From Eledone cirrhosa (taxonomy: Eukaryota): a stretch of DNA of 64,000 bases. Location of the stretch: the NCBI GenBank assembly GCA_964016885.1, contig OZ024744.1:17794001-17858000 (forward strand), read 5' to 3'. A program made the position numbers and the translations under genes. Below the pieces are notes generated by a model that was not told the DNA's origin, did no database searches, and saw nothing but the letters and a program-made list of their open reading frames with translations. Positions 39,711 through 54,100 of this stretch are shown here, in pieces (within the stretch, counting starts at the first letter, position 1; the number at the start of each line of letters is the position of its first letter).

Positions 39711-42700
39711 GTCACTGTGTATGTCACTGTATATTTGTGTATGACTGTGTCACGGTGTATGTCACTGTATGTTTGTGTATGTCTGTGTCACTGTGTATGT
39801 CACTGTGTGTTTATGTATGTCTGTGTCACTGTGTATGTCACTGTATCTTTGTGTATGTCTGTGTCACTGTGTATTTCACTGTCTGTCTCTGTATGTCTGT
39901 GTCACTATCTATGTCACTGTATCTTTGTGTATGTCTGTGTCTCTGTGTATGTCACTGTGTGTTTCTGTATGTCTGTGTCTCTGTGTATGTCACTGTATGT
40001 TTGTGTGTGTCTGTGTCACTGTGTATGCCAATTATGTCTCTGTATGTCTGTGTCAGTGTGTATGTCACTGGGTGTTTCTGTATGTCTGTGTCACTCTGTA
40101 TATCACTGTATCTTTGTGTAGGTATGTGTCACCGTGTATGTCACTGTATCTTTGTGTATGTCTGTGTCACTGTGTATGTCATTATATATTTGTGTATGTC
40201 TGTGTGACTGTGTATGTCACTGTATGTTCCTGTATGTCTGTGTCACTGTGTATGTCACTGTATCTTTGTGTATGTCTGTGTCACTGTGTATGTCACTGTG
40301 TGTTTCTGTATGTCTGTGTTTCTGTGTATGTCATTGTATCTTTGTGTATGTCTGTGTCACTGTGTATGTCACTGTGTGTTTCTGTATATCTGTGTCTCTG
40401 TGTATGTCTCTGTATCTGTATGTATATCTGTGTCACTGTGTATGTCACTGTATCTTTCTGTATGTCTGTGTCACGGTGTATATCACTGTATGTTTCTGTA
40501 TGTCTGTGTCACTGTCCATCTCACTGTATGTTTCTGAATGTCTGTGTCACTGTGTATGTCACTGTGCGTTTCTGTATGTCTCTGTCACTGTGTATGTCAC
40601 TGTGTGTTTCTGTATGTCTGTGTCACTGTATATGTCACTGTATGTTTGTGTATGTCGGTGTCACTGTGTATGTCACTGTGTGTTTCTGTATGTCTGTGTC
40701 ACTGTGTATGTCACTGAGTGTTTCTGTATGTCTGTGTCACAAGGTATGTCGCTGTATGTTTGTGTTGTCTGTGTCACTGTGTATGTCACTGGGTGTTTCT
40801 GTATGCCTGTGTCACTGTGTATGTCACTGTGCGTTTCTGTATGTATGTATCACTGTGTATGTCACTGTGAGTTTCTGTATGTCTGTGTCACTGTCCATCT
40901 CACTGTATGTTTCTGAATGTCTGTGTCACTGTGTATGTCACTGTGCGTTTCTGTATGTCTCTGTCACTGTGTATGTCACTGTGTGTTTCTGTATGTCTGT
41001 GTCACTGTATATGTCACTGTATGTTTGAGTATGTCTGTGTCACTGTCTATGTCACTGTATCTTTGTGTATGTCTGTGTCACTGTGTATGTCAATGTGTGT
41101 TTCTGTATGTATATGTCTCTGTGTATGTCACTGTATCTTTGTGTATGTATGTGTCACTGTGTATGTCACTGTGTGTTTGTGTATGCCTGTGTCACTGTGT
41201 ATGTTACTGTGAGTTTCTGTATGTCTGTGTCACTGTGTATGTCACTGTATATTTCTGTATGTCTGTGTCAGTGTGTATGTCACTGGGTGTTTCTGTATGT
41301 CTGTGTCACTCTGTATATCACTGTATCTTTGTGTAGGTCTGTGTCACCGTGTATGTCACTGTATCTTTGTGTATGTATGTGTCCCTGTGTATGTCACTGT
41401 ATGTTTCTGTATGTCTGTGTCACTGTGTATGTCACTGTGTGTTTCTGTATGTCTGTGTCACTGTATATGTCACTGTATCTTTGTGTATGTCTGTGTCACC
41501 GTGTATGTCACTGTATGTGTGTGTATGACTGTGTCACGGTGTATGTCACTGTATCATTGTGTATGCCTGTGTCAATGTGTATGTCACTGTGTGTTTCTGT
41601 ATGTCTTTGTCACTGTGTATGTCAATGACTCTGTGTGTTTCTGTATGTCTGTGTCTCTGTGTATGTCACTGTATCTTTGTGTATGTATGTGTCACTGTGT
41701 ATGTCACTGTGTGTTTCTGTATGTCTGTGGCACTGTGTATGTCACTGTGTGTTTCTGCATGTCAGTGTCACTGTGTATGTCACTGTGTGTTTCTGTATGT
41801 CTGTGTCACTGTATATGTCACTGTATGTTTGTGTATGTCTGTGTCACTGTGTATGTCACTGTGTGTTTCTGTATGTCTGTGTCACTGTGTATGTCACTGA
41901 GTGTTTCTGTATGTCTGTGTCACTATGTATGTCGCTGTATGTTTGTGTTGTCTGTGTCACTGTGTATGTTACTGGGTGTTTCTGTATGTCTGTGTCACTG
42001 TGTATGTCACTGTGCGTTTCTGTATGTATGTATCACTGTGTATGTCACTGTGTGTTTCTGTATGTCTGTGTCACTGTCTATGTCACTGTATCTTTGTGTA
42101 TGTCTGTGTCACTGTGTATGTCAATGTGTGTTTCTGTATGTATGTGTCTCTGTGTATGTCACTGTATCTTTGTGTATGTCTGTGTCACTGTGTACGTCAA
42201 TGTATGTTTCTGAATGTCTGTGTCACTGTGTATGTCACTGTGTGTTTCTGTATGTCTGTGTCACGGTGTATGTCACTGTATGTTTGTGCGTGTCTGTGTC
42301 ACTGTGTATGTGACTGTGTGTTTGTGTATGTCTGTTTCACTGTATGTTTCTGTATGTATGTGTCACTGTGTATGTCACTTTGTGTTTCTGTATGTCTGTG
42401 TCACCGTGTATGTCACTGTATCTTTGTGTATGCCTGTGTCACTGTGTATGTCACTGTGTGATTCTGTATGTATGTGTCACTGTGTATGTCACTGTGTGTT
42501 TCTGTATGTTTGTGTCACTGTGTATGTCACTAAATGTTTGTGTGTGTCTGTGTCTCTGTCTATGTCACTGTGTGTTTGCGTGTGTCTGTGTCACTGTGTA
42601 TGTCACTGTGTGTTTCTGTATGTCTGTGTCACTGTGTATGTCACTGTATCTTTGTGTATGTCTGTGTCACTCTGTATGTCACTGTGTGTTTCTGCATGTC

Positions 42701-45700
42701 TGTGTCACTGTGTATGTCACTGTGTGTTTCTGTATGTCTGTGTCACTCTGTATGTCACTGTATATTTCTGTATGTTTGTGTCACTGTGTATGTCCCTGTA
42801 TCTTTGTGTATGTATGTGTCCCTGTGTATGTCACTGTATGTTTCTGTATGTCTATGTCACTGTGTATGTCACTGTGTGTTTCTGTATGTCTGTGTCACTG
42901 TGTATGTCACTGTATATTTGTGTATGTCTGTGTCACCGTGTATGCCACTGTATGTTTGTGTATGTCTATGTCACTGTGTATGTCACTGTATATTTGTGTA
43001 TGACTGTGTCACGGTGTATGTCACTGTATGTTTGTGTATGTCTGTGTCACTGTGTATGTCACTGTGTGTTTATGTATGTCTGTGTCACTGTGTATGTCAC
43101 TGTATCTTTGTGTATGTCTGTGTCACTGTGTATTTCACTGTCTGTCTCTGTATGTCTGTGTCACTATCTATGTCACTGTATCTTTGTGTATGTCTGTGTC
43201 TCTGTGTATGTTACTGTGTGTTTCTGTATGTCTGTGTCTCTGTGTATGTCACTGTATGTTTGTGTGTGTCTGTGTCACTGTGTATGCCAATTATGTCTCT
43301 GTATGTCTGTGTCAGTGTGTATGTCACTGGGTGTTTCTGTATGTCTGTGTCACTCTGTATATCACTGTATCTTTGTGTAGGTATGTGTCACCGTGTATGT
43401 CACTGTATCTTTGTGTATGTCTGTGTCACTGTGTATGTCATTATATATTTGTGTATGTCTGTGTGACTGTGTATGTCACTGTATGTTCCTGTATGTCTGT
43501 GTCACTGTGTATGTCACTGTATCTTTGTGTATGTCTGTGTCACTGTGTATGTCACTGTGTGTTTCTGTATGTCTGTGTTTCTGTGTATGTCATTGTATCT
43601 TTGTGTATGTCTGTGTCACTATGTATGTCACTGTGTGTTTCTGTATATCTGTGTCTCTGTGTATGTCTCTGTATCTGTATGTATATCTGTGTCACTGTGT
43701 ATGTCACTGTATCTTTCTGTATGTCTGTGTCACGGTGTATATCACTGTATGTTTCTGTATGTCTGTGTCACTGTCCATCTCACTGTATGTTTCTGAATGT
43801 CTGTGTCACTGTGTATGTCACTGTGCGTTTCTGTATGTCTCTGTCACTGTGTATGTCACTGTGTGTTTCTGTATGTCTGTGTCACTGTATATGTCACTGT
43901 ATGTTTGTGTATGTCGGTGTCACTGTGTATGTCACTGTGTGTTTCTGTATGTCTGTGTCACTGTGTATGTCACTGAGTGTTTCTGTATGTCTGTGTCACA
44001 AGGTATGTCGCTGTATGTTTGTGTTGTCTGTGTCACTGTGTATGTCACTGGGTGTTTCTGTATGCCTGTGTCACTGTGTATGTCACTGTGCGTTTCTGTA
44101 TGTATGTATCACTGTGTATGTCACTGTGAGTTTCTGTATGTCTGTGTCACTGTCCATCTCACTGTATGTTTCTGAATGTCTGTGTCACTGTGTATGTCAC
44201 TGTGCGTTTCTGTATGTCTCTGTCACTGTGTATGTCACTGTGTGTTTCTGTATGTCTGTGTCACTGTATATGTCACTGTATGTTTGTGTATGTCTGTGTC
44301 ACTGTCTATGTCACTGTATCTTTGTGTATGTCTGTGTCACTGTGTATGTCAATGTGTGTTTCTGTATGTATATGTCTCTGTGTATGTCACTGTATCTTTG
44401 TGTATGTATGTGTCACTGTGTATGTCACTGTGTGTTTGTGTATGCCTGTGTCACTGTGTATGCTACTGTGAGTTTCTGTATGTCTGTGTCACTGTGTATG
44501 TCACTGTATATTTCTGTATGTCTGTGTCAGTGTGTATGTCACTGGGTGTTTCTGTATGTCTGTGTCACTCTGTATATCACTGTATCTTTGTGTAGGTCTG
44601 TGTCACCGTGTATGTCACTGTATCTTTGTGTATGTATGTGTCCCTGTGTATGTCACTGTATGTTTCTGTATGTCTGTGTCACTGTGTATGTCACTGTGTG
44701 TTTCTGTATGTCTGTGTCACTGTATATGTCACTGTATCTTTGTGTATGTCTGTGTCACCGTGTATGTCACTGTATGTGTGTGTATGACTGTGTCACGGTG
44801 TATGTCACTGTATCATTGTGTATGCCTGTGTCAATGTGTATGTCACTGTGTGTTTCTGTATGTCTTTGTCAATGTGTATGTCAATGTCTCTGTGTGTTTC
44901 TGTATGTCTGTGTCTCTGTGTATGTCACTGTATCTTTGTGTATGTATGTGTCACTGTGTATGTCACTGTGTGTTTCTGTATGTCTGTGGCACTGTGTATG
45001 TCACTGTGTGTTTCTGCATGTCAGTGTCACTGTGTATGTCACTGTGTGTTTCTGTATGTCTGTGTCACTGTATATCTCACTGTATGTTTGTGTATGTCTG
45101 TGTCACTGTGTATGTCACTGTGTGTTTCTGTATGTCTGTGTCACTGTGTATGTCACTGAGTGTTTCTGTATGTCTGTGTCACTATGTATGTCGCTGTATG
45201 TTTGTGTTGTCTGTGTCACTGTGTATGTTACTGGGTGTTTCTGTATGTCTGTGTCACTGTGTATGTCACTGTGCGTTTCTGTATGTATGTATCACTGTGT
45301 ATGTCACTGTGTGTTTCTGTATGTCTGTGTCACTGTCTATGTCACTGTATCTTTGTGTATGTCTGTGTCACTGTGTATGTCAATGTGTGTTTCTGTATGT
45401 ATGTGTCTCTGTGTATGTCACTGTATCTTTGTTTATGTCTGTGTCACTGTGTACGTCAATGTATGTTTCTGAATGTCTGTGTCACTGTGTATGTCACTGT
45501 GTGTTTCTGTATGTCTGTGTCACGGTGTATGTCACTGTATGTTTGTGCGTGTCTGTGTCACTGTGTATGTGACTGTGTGTTTGTGTATGTCTGTTTCACT
45601 GTATGTTTCTGTATGTATGTGTCACTGTGTATGTCACTTTGTGTTTCTGTATGTCTGTGTCACCGTGTATGTCACTGTATCTTTGTGTATGCCTGTGTCA

Positions 45701-47866
45701 CTGTGTATGTCACTGTGTGATTCTGTATGTATGTGTCACTGTGTATGTCACTGTGTGTTTCTGTATGTTTGTGTCACTGTGTATGTCACTAAATGTTTGT
45801 GTGTGTCTGTGTCTCTGTCTATGTCACTGTGTGTTTGCGTGTGTCTGTGTCACTGTGTATGTCACTGTGTGTTTCTGTATGTCTGTGTCACTGTGTATGT
45901 CACTGTATCTTTGTGTATGTCTGTGTCACTCTGTATGTCACTGTGTGTTTCTGCATGTCTGTGTCACTGTGTATGTCACTGTGTGTTTCTGTATGTCTGT
46001 GTCACTCTGTATGTCACTGTATATTTCTGTATGTTTGTGTCACTGTGTATGTCCCTGTATCTTTGTGTATGTATGTGTCCCTGTGTATGTCACTGTATGT
46101 TTCTGTATGTCTGTGTCACTGTGTATGTCACTGTGTGTTTCTGTATGTCTGTGTCACTGTGTATGTCACTGTATATTTGTGTATGTCTGTGTCACCGTGT
46201 ATGCCACTGTATGTTTGTGTATGTCTATGTCACTGTGTATGTCACTGTATATTTGTGTATGACTGTGTCACGGTGTATGTCACTGTATGTTTGTGTATGT
46301 CTGTGTCACTGTGTATGTCACTGTGTGTTTATGTATGTCTGTGTCACTGTGTATGTCACTGTATCTTTGTGTATGTCTGTGTCACTGTGTATTTCACTGT
46401 CTGTCTCTGTATGTCTGTGTCACTATCTATGTCACTGTATCTTTGTGTATGTCTGTGTCTCTGTGTATGTCACTGTGTGTTTCTGTATGTCTGTGTCTCT
46501 GTGTATGTCACTGTATGTTTGTGTGTGTCTGTGTCACTGTGTATGCCAATTATGTCTCTGTATGTCTGTGTCAGTGTGTATGTCACTGGGTGTTTCTGTA
46601 TGTCTGTGTCACTCTGTATATCACTGTATCTTTGTGTAGGTCTGTGTCACCGTGTATGTCACTGTATCTTTGTGTATGTCTGTGTCACTGTGTATGTCAT
46701 TATATATTTGTGTATGTCTGTGTGACTGTGTATGTCACTGTATGTTCCTGTATGTCTGTGTCACTGTGTATGTCACTGTATCTTTGTGTATGTCTGTGTC
46801 ACTGTGTATGTCACTGTGTGTTTCTTTATGTCTGTGTTTCTGTGTATGTCATTGTATCTTTGTGTATGTCTGTGTCACTGTGTATGTCACTGTGTGTTTC
46901 TGTATATCTGTGTCTCTGTGTATGTCTCTGTATCTGTATGTATATCTGTGTCACTGTGTATGTCACTGTATCTTTCTGTATGTCTGTGTCACGGTGTATA
47001 TCACTGTATGTTTCTGTATGTCTGTGTCACTGTCCATCTCACTGTATGTTTCTGAATGTCTGTGTCACTGTGTATGTCACTGTGCGTTTCTGTATGTCTC
47101 TGTCACTGTGTATGTCACTGTGTGTTTCTGTATGTCTGTGTCACTGTATATGTCACTGTATGTTTGTGTATGTCGGTGTCACTGTGTATGTCACTGTGTG
47201 TTTCTGTATGTCTGTGTCACTGTGTATGTCACTGAGTGTTTCTGTATGTCTGTGTCACAAGGTATGTCGCTGTATGTTTGTGTTGTCTGTGTCACTGTGT
47301 ATGTCACTGGGTGTTTCTGTATGCCTGTGTCACTGTGTATGTCACTGTGCGTTTCTGTATGTATGTATCACTGTGTATGTCACTGTGAGTTTCTGTATGT
47401 CTGTGTCACTGTCCATCTCACTGTATGTTTCTGAATGTCTGTGTCACTGTGTATGTCACTGTGCGTTTCTGTATGTCTCTGTCACTGTGTATGTCACTGT
47501 GTGTTTCTGTATGTCTGTGTCACTGTATATGTCACTGTATGTTTGTGTATGTCTGTGTCACTGTCTATGTCACTGTATCTTTGTGTATGTCTGTGTCACT
47601 GTGTATGTCAATGTGTGTTTCTGTATGTATATGTCTCTGTGTATGTCACTGTATCTTTGTGTATGTATGTGTCACTGTGTATGTCACTGTGTGTTTGTGT
47701 ATGCCTGTGTCACTGTGTATGTTACTGTGAGTTTCTGTATGTCTGTGTCACTGTGTATGTCACTGTATATTTCTGTATGTCTGTGTCAGTGTGTATGTCA
47801 CTGGGTGTTTCTGTATGTCTGTGTCACTCTGTATATCACTGTATCTTTGTGTAGGTCTGTGTCACC
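38166..47866 (+). repeat. 3,259-bp higher-order repeat, three tandem copies (38166-41348 [3,183 bp, two monomers shorter], 41349-44607, 44608-47866)
   Basis: ORF starts at 39769/43028/46287 and 38376/41559/44818. GTGATT at 39275/42458/45717. The copies share the rare variants GTCGGTGTCAC, CACAAGGTATG, GTCCATCTCAC and GCCAATTATG. Confidence 0.93.
40490..41030 (+). repeat. Partial internal duplication (offset 379 bp) present in each 3,259-bp unit
   Basis: The block GTCCATCTCACTGTATGTTTCTGAATG...GTGCGTTTCTGTATGTCTCT occurs at ~40514 and ~40893. The same pair appears at ~43773/44152 and ~47032/47411. Confidence 0.85.
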
Positions 47867-50800
47867 GTGTATGTCACTGTGAGTTTCTGTATGTCTGTGT
47901 CACTGTGTATGTCACAGTGTGTTTCTGTATGTATGTGTCACTGTCTATGTCACTGTATCTTTGTGTATGTATACGTCACTGTGTATGTCACTGTGTGTTT
48001 CTGTATGTCTGTGTCTCTGTGTATGTCACTGTATGTTTGTGTGTGTCTGTGTCACTGTGTATGCCAATTATGTCTCTGTATGTCTGTGACAGTGTGTATG
48101 TCACTGGGTGTTTCTTTATGTCTGTGTCACTCTGTATATCACTGTATCTTTGTGTAGGTCTGTGTCACCGTGTATGTCACTGTATCTTTGTGTATGTCTG
48201 TGTCACTGTGTATGTCATTATATCTTTGTGTATGTCTGTGTGACTGTGTATGTCACTGTATGTTCCTGTATGTCTGTGTCACTGTGTATGTCACTGTATC
48301 TTTGTGTATGTCTGTGTCACTGTGTATGTCACTGTGTGTTTCTGTATGTCTGTGTTTCTGTGTATGTCATTGTATCATTGTGTATGTCTGTGTCACTGTG
48401 TATGTCACTGTGTGTTTCTGTATATCTGTGTCTCTGTGTATGGCTCTGTATCTGTATGTATATCTGTGTCACTGTGTATGTCACTGTATCTTTCTGTATG
48501 TCTGTGTCACGGTGTATATCACTGTATGTTTCTGTATGTCTGTGTCACTGTCCATCTCACTGTATGTTTCTGAATGTCTGTGTCACTGTGTATGTCACTG
48601 TGCGTTTCTGTATGTCTCTGTCGCTGTGTATGTCACTGTGTGTTTCTGTATGTCTGTGTCACTGTATATGTCACTGTATGTTTGTGTATGTCTGTGTCAC
48701 TGTGTATGTCACTGTGTGTTTCTGTATGTCTGTGTCACTGTGTATGTCACTGTATGTTTGTGTATGTATGTCTCACTGTGTATGTCACTGTGTGTTTATG
48801 TATGTCTGTGTCACTGTGTATGTCACTGTATTTTTGTGTATGTCTGTGTCACTGTGTATGTCACTGTGTGTTTATGTATGTCTGTGTCACTGTGTATGTC
48901 ACTGTATCTTTGTGTATGTCTGTGTCACTGTGTATTTCACTGTCTGTCTCTGTATGTCTGTGTCACTATCTATGTCACTGTATCTTTGTGTATGTCTGTG
49001 TCTCTGTGTATGTCACTGTGTGTTTCTGTATGTCTGTGTCTCTGTGTATGTCACTGTATGTTTGTGTGTGTCTGTGTCACTGTGTATGCCAATTATGTAT
49101 CTGTATGTCTGTGTCAGTGTGTATGTCACTGGGTGTTTCTGTATGTCTGTGTCACTCTGTATATCACTGTATCTTTGTGTAGGTCTGTGTCACCGTGTAT
49201 GTCACTGTATCTTTGTGTATGTCTGTGTCACTGTGTATGTCATTATATCTTTGTTTTTATTCTGTGTGACTGTGTATGTCACTGTATGTTTCTGTATGCC
49301 TGTGTCAATGTGTTTGTCACTGTGTGTTTATGTATGTCTGTGTCACTGTGTATGTCACTGTATCTTTGTGTATGTCTGTGTCACTGTGTATTTCACTGTC
49401 TGTCTCTGTATGTCTGTGTCACTATCTATGTCACTGTATCTTTGTGTATGTCTGTGTCTCTGTGTATGTCACTGTGTGTTTCTGTATGTCTGTGTCTCTG
49501 TGTATGTCACTGTATGTTTGTGTGTGTCTGTGTCACTGTGTATGCCAATTATGTATCTGTATGTCTGTGTCAGTGTGTATGTCACTGGGTGTTTCTGTAT
49601 GTCTGTGTCACTCTGTATATCACTGTATCTTTGTGTAGGTCTGTGTCACCGTGTATGTCACTGTATCTTTGTGTATGTCTGTGTCACTGTGTATGTCATT
49701 ATATCTTTGTTTTTATTCTGTGTCACTGTCCATCTCACTGTATGTTTCTGAATGTCTGTGTCACTGTGTATGTCACTGTGCGTTTCTGTATGTCTCTGTC
49801 ACTGTGTATGTCACTGTGTGTTTCTGTATGTCTGTGTCACTGTATATGTCACTGTATGTTTGTTTATGTCTGTGTCACTGTGTATGTCACTGTGTGTTTC
49901 TGTATGTCTGTGTCACAATGTATGTCGCTGTATGTTTGTGTTATCTGTGTCACTGTGTATGTCACTGGGTGTTTCTGTGTGTCTGTGTCACTGTGTATGT
50001 CACTGTGCGTTTCTGTATGTATGTATCACTGTGTATGTCACTGTGTGTTTCTGTATGTCTGTGTCACTGTGTAAGTCATTGTATTTTTGTGTATGTCTGT
50101 GGCACTCTGTATGTCATTGTGTGTTTCTGTATGTCTGTGTCACTGTCTATGTCACTGTATCTTTGTGTATGTCTGTGTCACTGTGTATGTCAATGTGTGT
50201 TTCTGTATGTATATGTCTCTGTGTATGTCACTGTATCTTTGTGTATGTATGTGTCACTGTGTATGTCACTGTGTGTTTGTGTATGCCTGTGTCACTGTGT
50301 ATGTTACTGTGAGTTTCTGTATGTCTGTGTCACTGTGTATGTCACTGTATATTTCTGTATGTCTGTGTCAGTGTGTATGTCACTGGGTGTTTCTGTATGT
50401 CTGTGTCACTCTGTATATCACTGTATCTTTGTGTAGGTCTGTGTCACCGTGTATGTCACTGTGAGTTTCTGTATGTCTGTGTCACTGTGTATGTCACAGT
50501 GTGTTTCTGTATGTATGTGTCACTGTCTATGTCACTGTATCTTTGTGTATGTGTACGTCACTGTGTATGTCACTGTGTGTTTCTGTATGTCTGTGTCTCT
50601 GTGTATGTCACTGTATCTTTGTGTATGTCTGTGTCACTGTGTATGTCACTGTGTGTTTCTGTATGTCTGTGTCACTGTGTATGTCAATGTGTGTTTCTGT
50701 ATATCTGTGTCTCTGTGTATGTCACTGTATCTTTGTGTATGTCTGTGTCACTGTGTATGTCACTGTATCTTTGTGTATGTCTGTGTCACTCTATATGTCA

Positions 50801-51130
50801 CTGTACGTTTGTGTATGTCTGTGTGACTGTGTATGTCACTGTATGTTTCTGTATGTCTGTGTCACGGTGTATGTCACTGTATGTTTGTGTATGTATGTGT
50901 CATTGTGTATGTCACTGTGTGTTTATGTATGTCTGTGTCACTGTGTATTTCACTGTCTGTCTCTGTATGTCTGTGTCACTATCTATGTCACTGTATCTTT
51001 GTGTATGTCTGTGTCTCTGTGTATGTCACTGTGTGTTTCTGTATGTCTGTGTCTCTGTGTATGTCACTGTATGTTTGTGTGTGTCTGTGTCACTGTGTAT
51101 GCCAATTATGTCTCTGTATGTCTGTGTCAG
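42113..51130 (+). repeat. 9,018-bp tandem duplication, copy 1
   Basis: ORF pairs 42344/51362, 43028/52046, 46287/55305 and 48108/57126 are all offset by 9,018. The offset becomes 9,056 after one extra monomer near 58930 (50373/59429). Confidence 0.95.
48810..49725 (+). repeat. 456-bp (12-monomer) tandem duplication; repeated at ~57830-58740, with a related copy at ~59960-60560
   Basis: GCCAATTATGTATC occurs at ~49088 and ~49544, and TTGTTTTTATTCTG at ~49251 and ~49707. ORF stops fall at 49182/49638 and 58200/58656. Confidence 0.88.
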
Positions 51131-54100
51131 TGTGTATGTCAATGTGTGTTTCTGTATGTATGTGTCTCTGTGTATGTCACTGTATCTTTGTGTATGTCTG
51201 TGTCACTCTGTACGTCAATGTATGTTTCTGAATGTCTGTGTCACTGTGTATGTCACTGTGTGTTTCTGTATGTCTGTGTCACGGTGTATGTCACTGTATG
51301 TTTGTGCGTGTCTGTGTCACTGTGTATGTGACTGTGTGTTTGTGTATGTCTGTTTCACTGTATGTTTCTGTATGTATGTGTCACTGTGTATGTCACTTTG
51401 TGTTTCTGTATGTCTGTGTCACCGTGTATGTCACTGTATCTTTGTGTATGCCTGTGTCACTGTGTATGTCACTGTGTGATTCTGTATGTATGTGTCACTG
51501 TGTATGTCACTGTGTGTTTCTGTATGTTTGTGTCACTGTGTATGTCACTAAATGTTTGTGTGTGTCTGTGTCTCTGTCTATGTCACTGTGTGTTTGCGTG
51601 TGTCTGTGTCACTGTGTATGTCACTGTGTGTTTCTGTATGTCTGTGTCACTGTGTATGTCACTGTATCTTTGTGTATGTCTGTGTCACTCTGTATGTCAC
51701 TGTGTGTTTCTGCATGTCTGTGTCACTGTGTATGTCACTGTGTGTTTCTGTATGTCTGTGTCACTCTGTATGTCACTGTATATTTCTGTATGTTTGTGTC
51801 ACTGTGTATGTCCCTGTATCTTTGTGTATGTATGTGTCCCTGTGTATGTCACTGTATGTTTCTGTATGTCTGTGTCACTGTGTATGTCACTGTGTGTTTC
51901 TGTATGTCTGTGTCACTGTGTATGTCACTGTATATTTGTGTATGTCTGTGTCACCGTGTATGCCACTGTATGTTTGTGTATGTCTATGTCACTGTGTATG
52001 TCACTGTATATTTGTGTATGACTGTGTCACGGTGTATGTCACTGTATGTTTGTGTATGTCTGTGTCACTGTGTATGTCACTGTGTGTTTATGTATGTCTG
52101 TGTCACTGTGTATGTCACTGTATCTTTGTGTATGTCTGTGTCACTGTGTATTTCACTGTCTGTCTCTGTATGTCTGTGTCACTATCTATGTCACTGTATC
52201 TTTGTGTATGTCTGTGTCTCTGTGTATGTCACTGTGTGTTTCTGTATGTCTGTGTCTCTGTGTATGTCACTGTATGTTTGTGTGTGTCTGTGTCACTGTG
52301 TATGCCAATTATGTCTCTGTATGTCTGTGTCAGTGTGTATGTCACTGGGTGTTTCTGTATGTCTGTGTCACTCTGTATATCACTGTATCTTTGTGTAGGT
52401 ATGTGTCACCGTGTATGTCACTGTATCTTTGTGTATGTCTGTGTCACTGTGTATGTCATTATATATTTGTGTATGTCTGTGTGACTGTGTATGTCACTGT
52501 ATGTTCCTGTATGTCTGTGTCACTGTGTATGTCACTGTATCTTTGTGTATGTCTGTGTCACTGTGTATGTCACTGTGTGTTTCTGTATGTCTGTGTTTCT
52601 GTGTATGTCATTGTATCTTTGTGTATGTCTGTGTCACTGTGTATGTCACTGTGTGTTTCTGTATATCTGTGTCTCTGTGTATGTCTCTGTATCTGTATGT
52701 ATATCTGTGTCACTGTGTATGTCACTGTATCTTTCTGTATGTCTGTGTCACGGTGTATATCACTGTATGTTTCTGTATGTCTGTGTCACTGTCCATCTCA
52801 CTGTATGTTTCTGAATGTCTGTGTCACTGTGTATGTCACTGTGCGTTTCTGTATGTCTCTGTCACTGTGTATGTCACTGTGTGTTTCTGTATGTCTGTGT
52901 CACTGTATATGTCACTGTATGTTTGTGTATGTCGGTGTCACTGTGTATGTCACTGTGTGTTTCTGTATGTCTGTGTCACTGTGTATGTCACTGAGTGTTT
53001 CTGTATGTCTGTGTCACAAGGTATGTCGCTGTATGTTTGTGTTGTCTGTGTCACTGTGTATGTCACTGGGTGTTTCTGTATGCCTGTGTCACTGTGTATG
53101 TCACTGTGCGTTTCTGTATGTATGTATCACTGTGTATGTCACTGTGAGTTTCTGTATGTCTGTGTCACTGTCCATCTCACTGTATGTTTCTGAATGTCTG
53201 TGTCACTGTGTATGTCACTGTGCGTTTCTGTATGTCTCTGTCACTGTGTATGTCACTGTGTGTTTCTGTATGTCTGTGTCACTGTATATGTCACTGTATG
53301 TTTGTGTATGTCTGTGTCACTGTCTATGTCACTGTATCTTTGTGTATGTCTGTGTCACTGTGTATGTCAATGTGTGTTTCTGTATGTATATGTCTCTGTG
53401 TATGTCACTGTATCTTTGTGTATGTATGTGTCACTGTGTATGTCACTGTGTGTTTGTGTATGCCTGTGTCACTGTGTATGCTACTGTGAGTTTCTGTATG
53501 TCTGTGTCACTGTGTATGTCACTGTATATTTCTGTATGTCTGTGTCAGTGTGTATGTCACTGGGTGTTTCTGTATGTCTGTGTCACTCTGTATATCACTG
53601 TATCTTTGTGTAGGTCTGTGTCACCGTGTATGTCACTGTATCTTTGTGTATGTATGTGTCCCTGTGTATGTCACTGTATGTTTCTGTATGTCTGTGTCAC
53701 TGTGTATGTCACTGTGTGTTTCTGTATGTCTGTGTCACTGTATATGTCACTGTATCTTTGTGTATGTCTGTGTCACCGTGTATGTCACTGTATGTGTGTG
53801 TATGACTGTGTCACGGTGTATGTCACTGTATCATTGTGTATGCCTGTGTCAATGTGTATGTCACTGTGTGTTTCTGTATGTCTTTGTCACTGTGTATGTC
53901 AATGTCTCTGTGTGTTTCTGTATGTCTGTGTCTCTGTGTATGTCACTGTATCTTTGTGTATGTATGTGTCACTGTGTATGTCACTGTGTGTTTCTGTATG
54001 TCTGTGGCACTGTGTATGTCACTGTGTGTTTCTGCATGTCAGTGTCACTGTGTATGTCACTGTGTGTTTCTGTATGTCTGTGTCACTGTATATCTCACTG

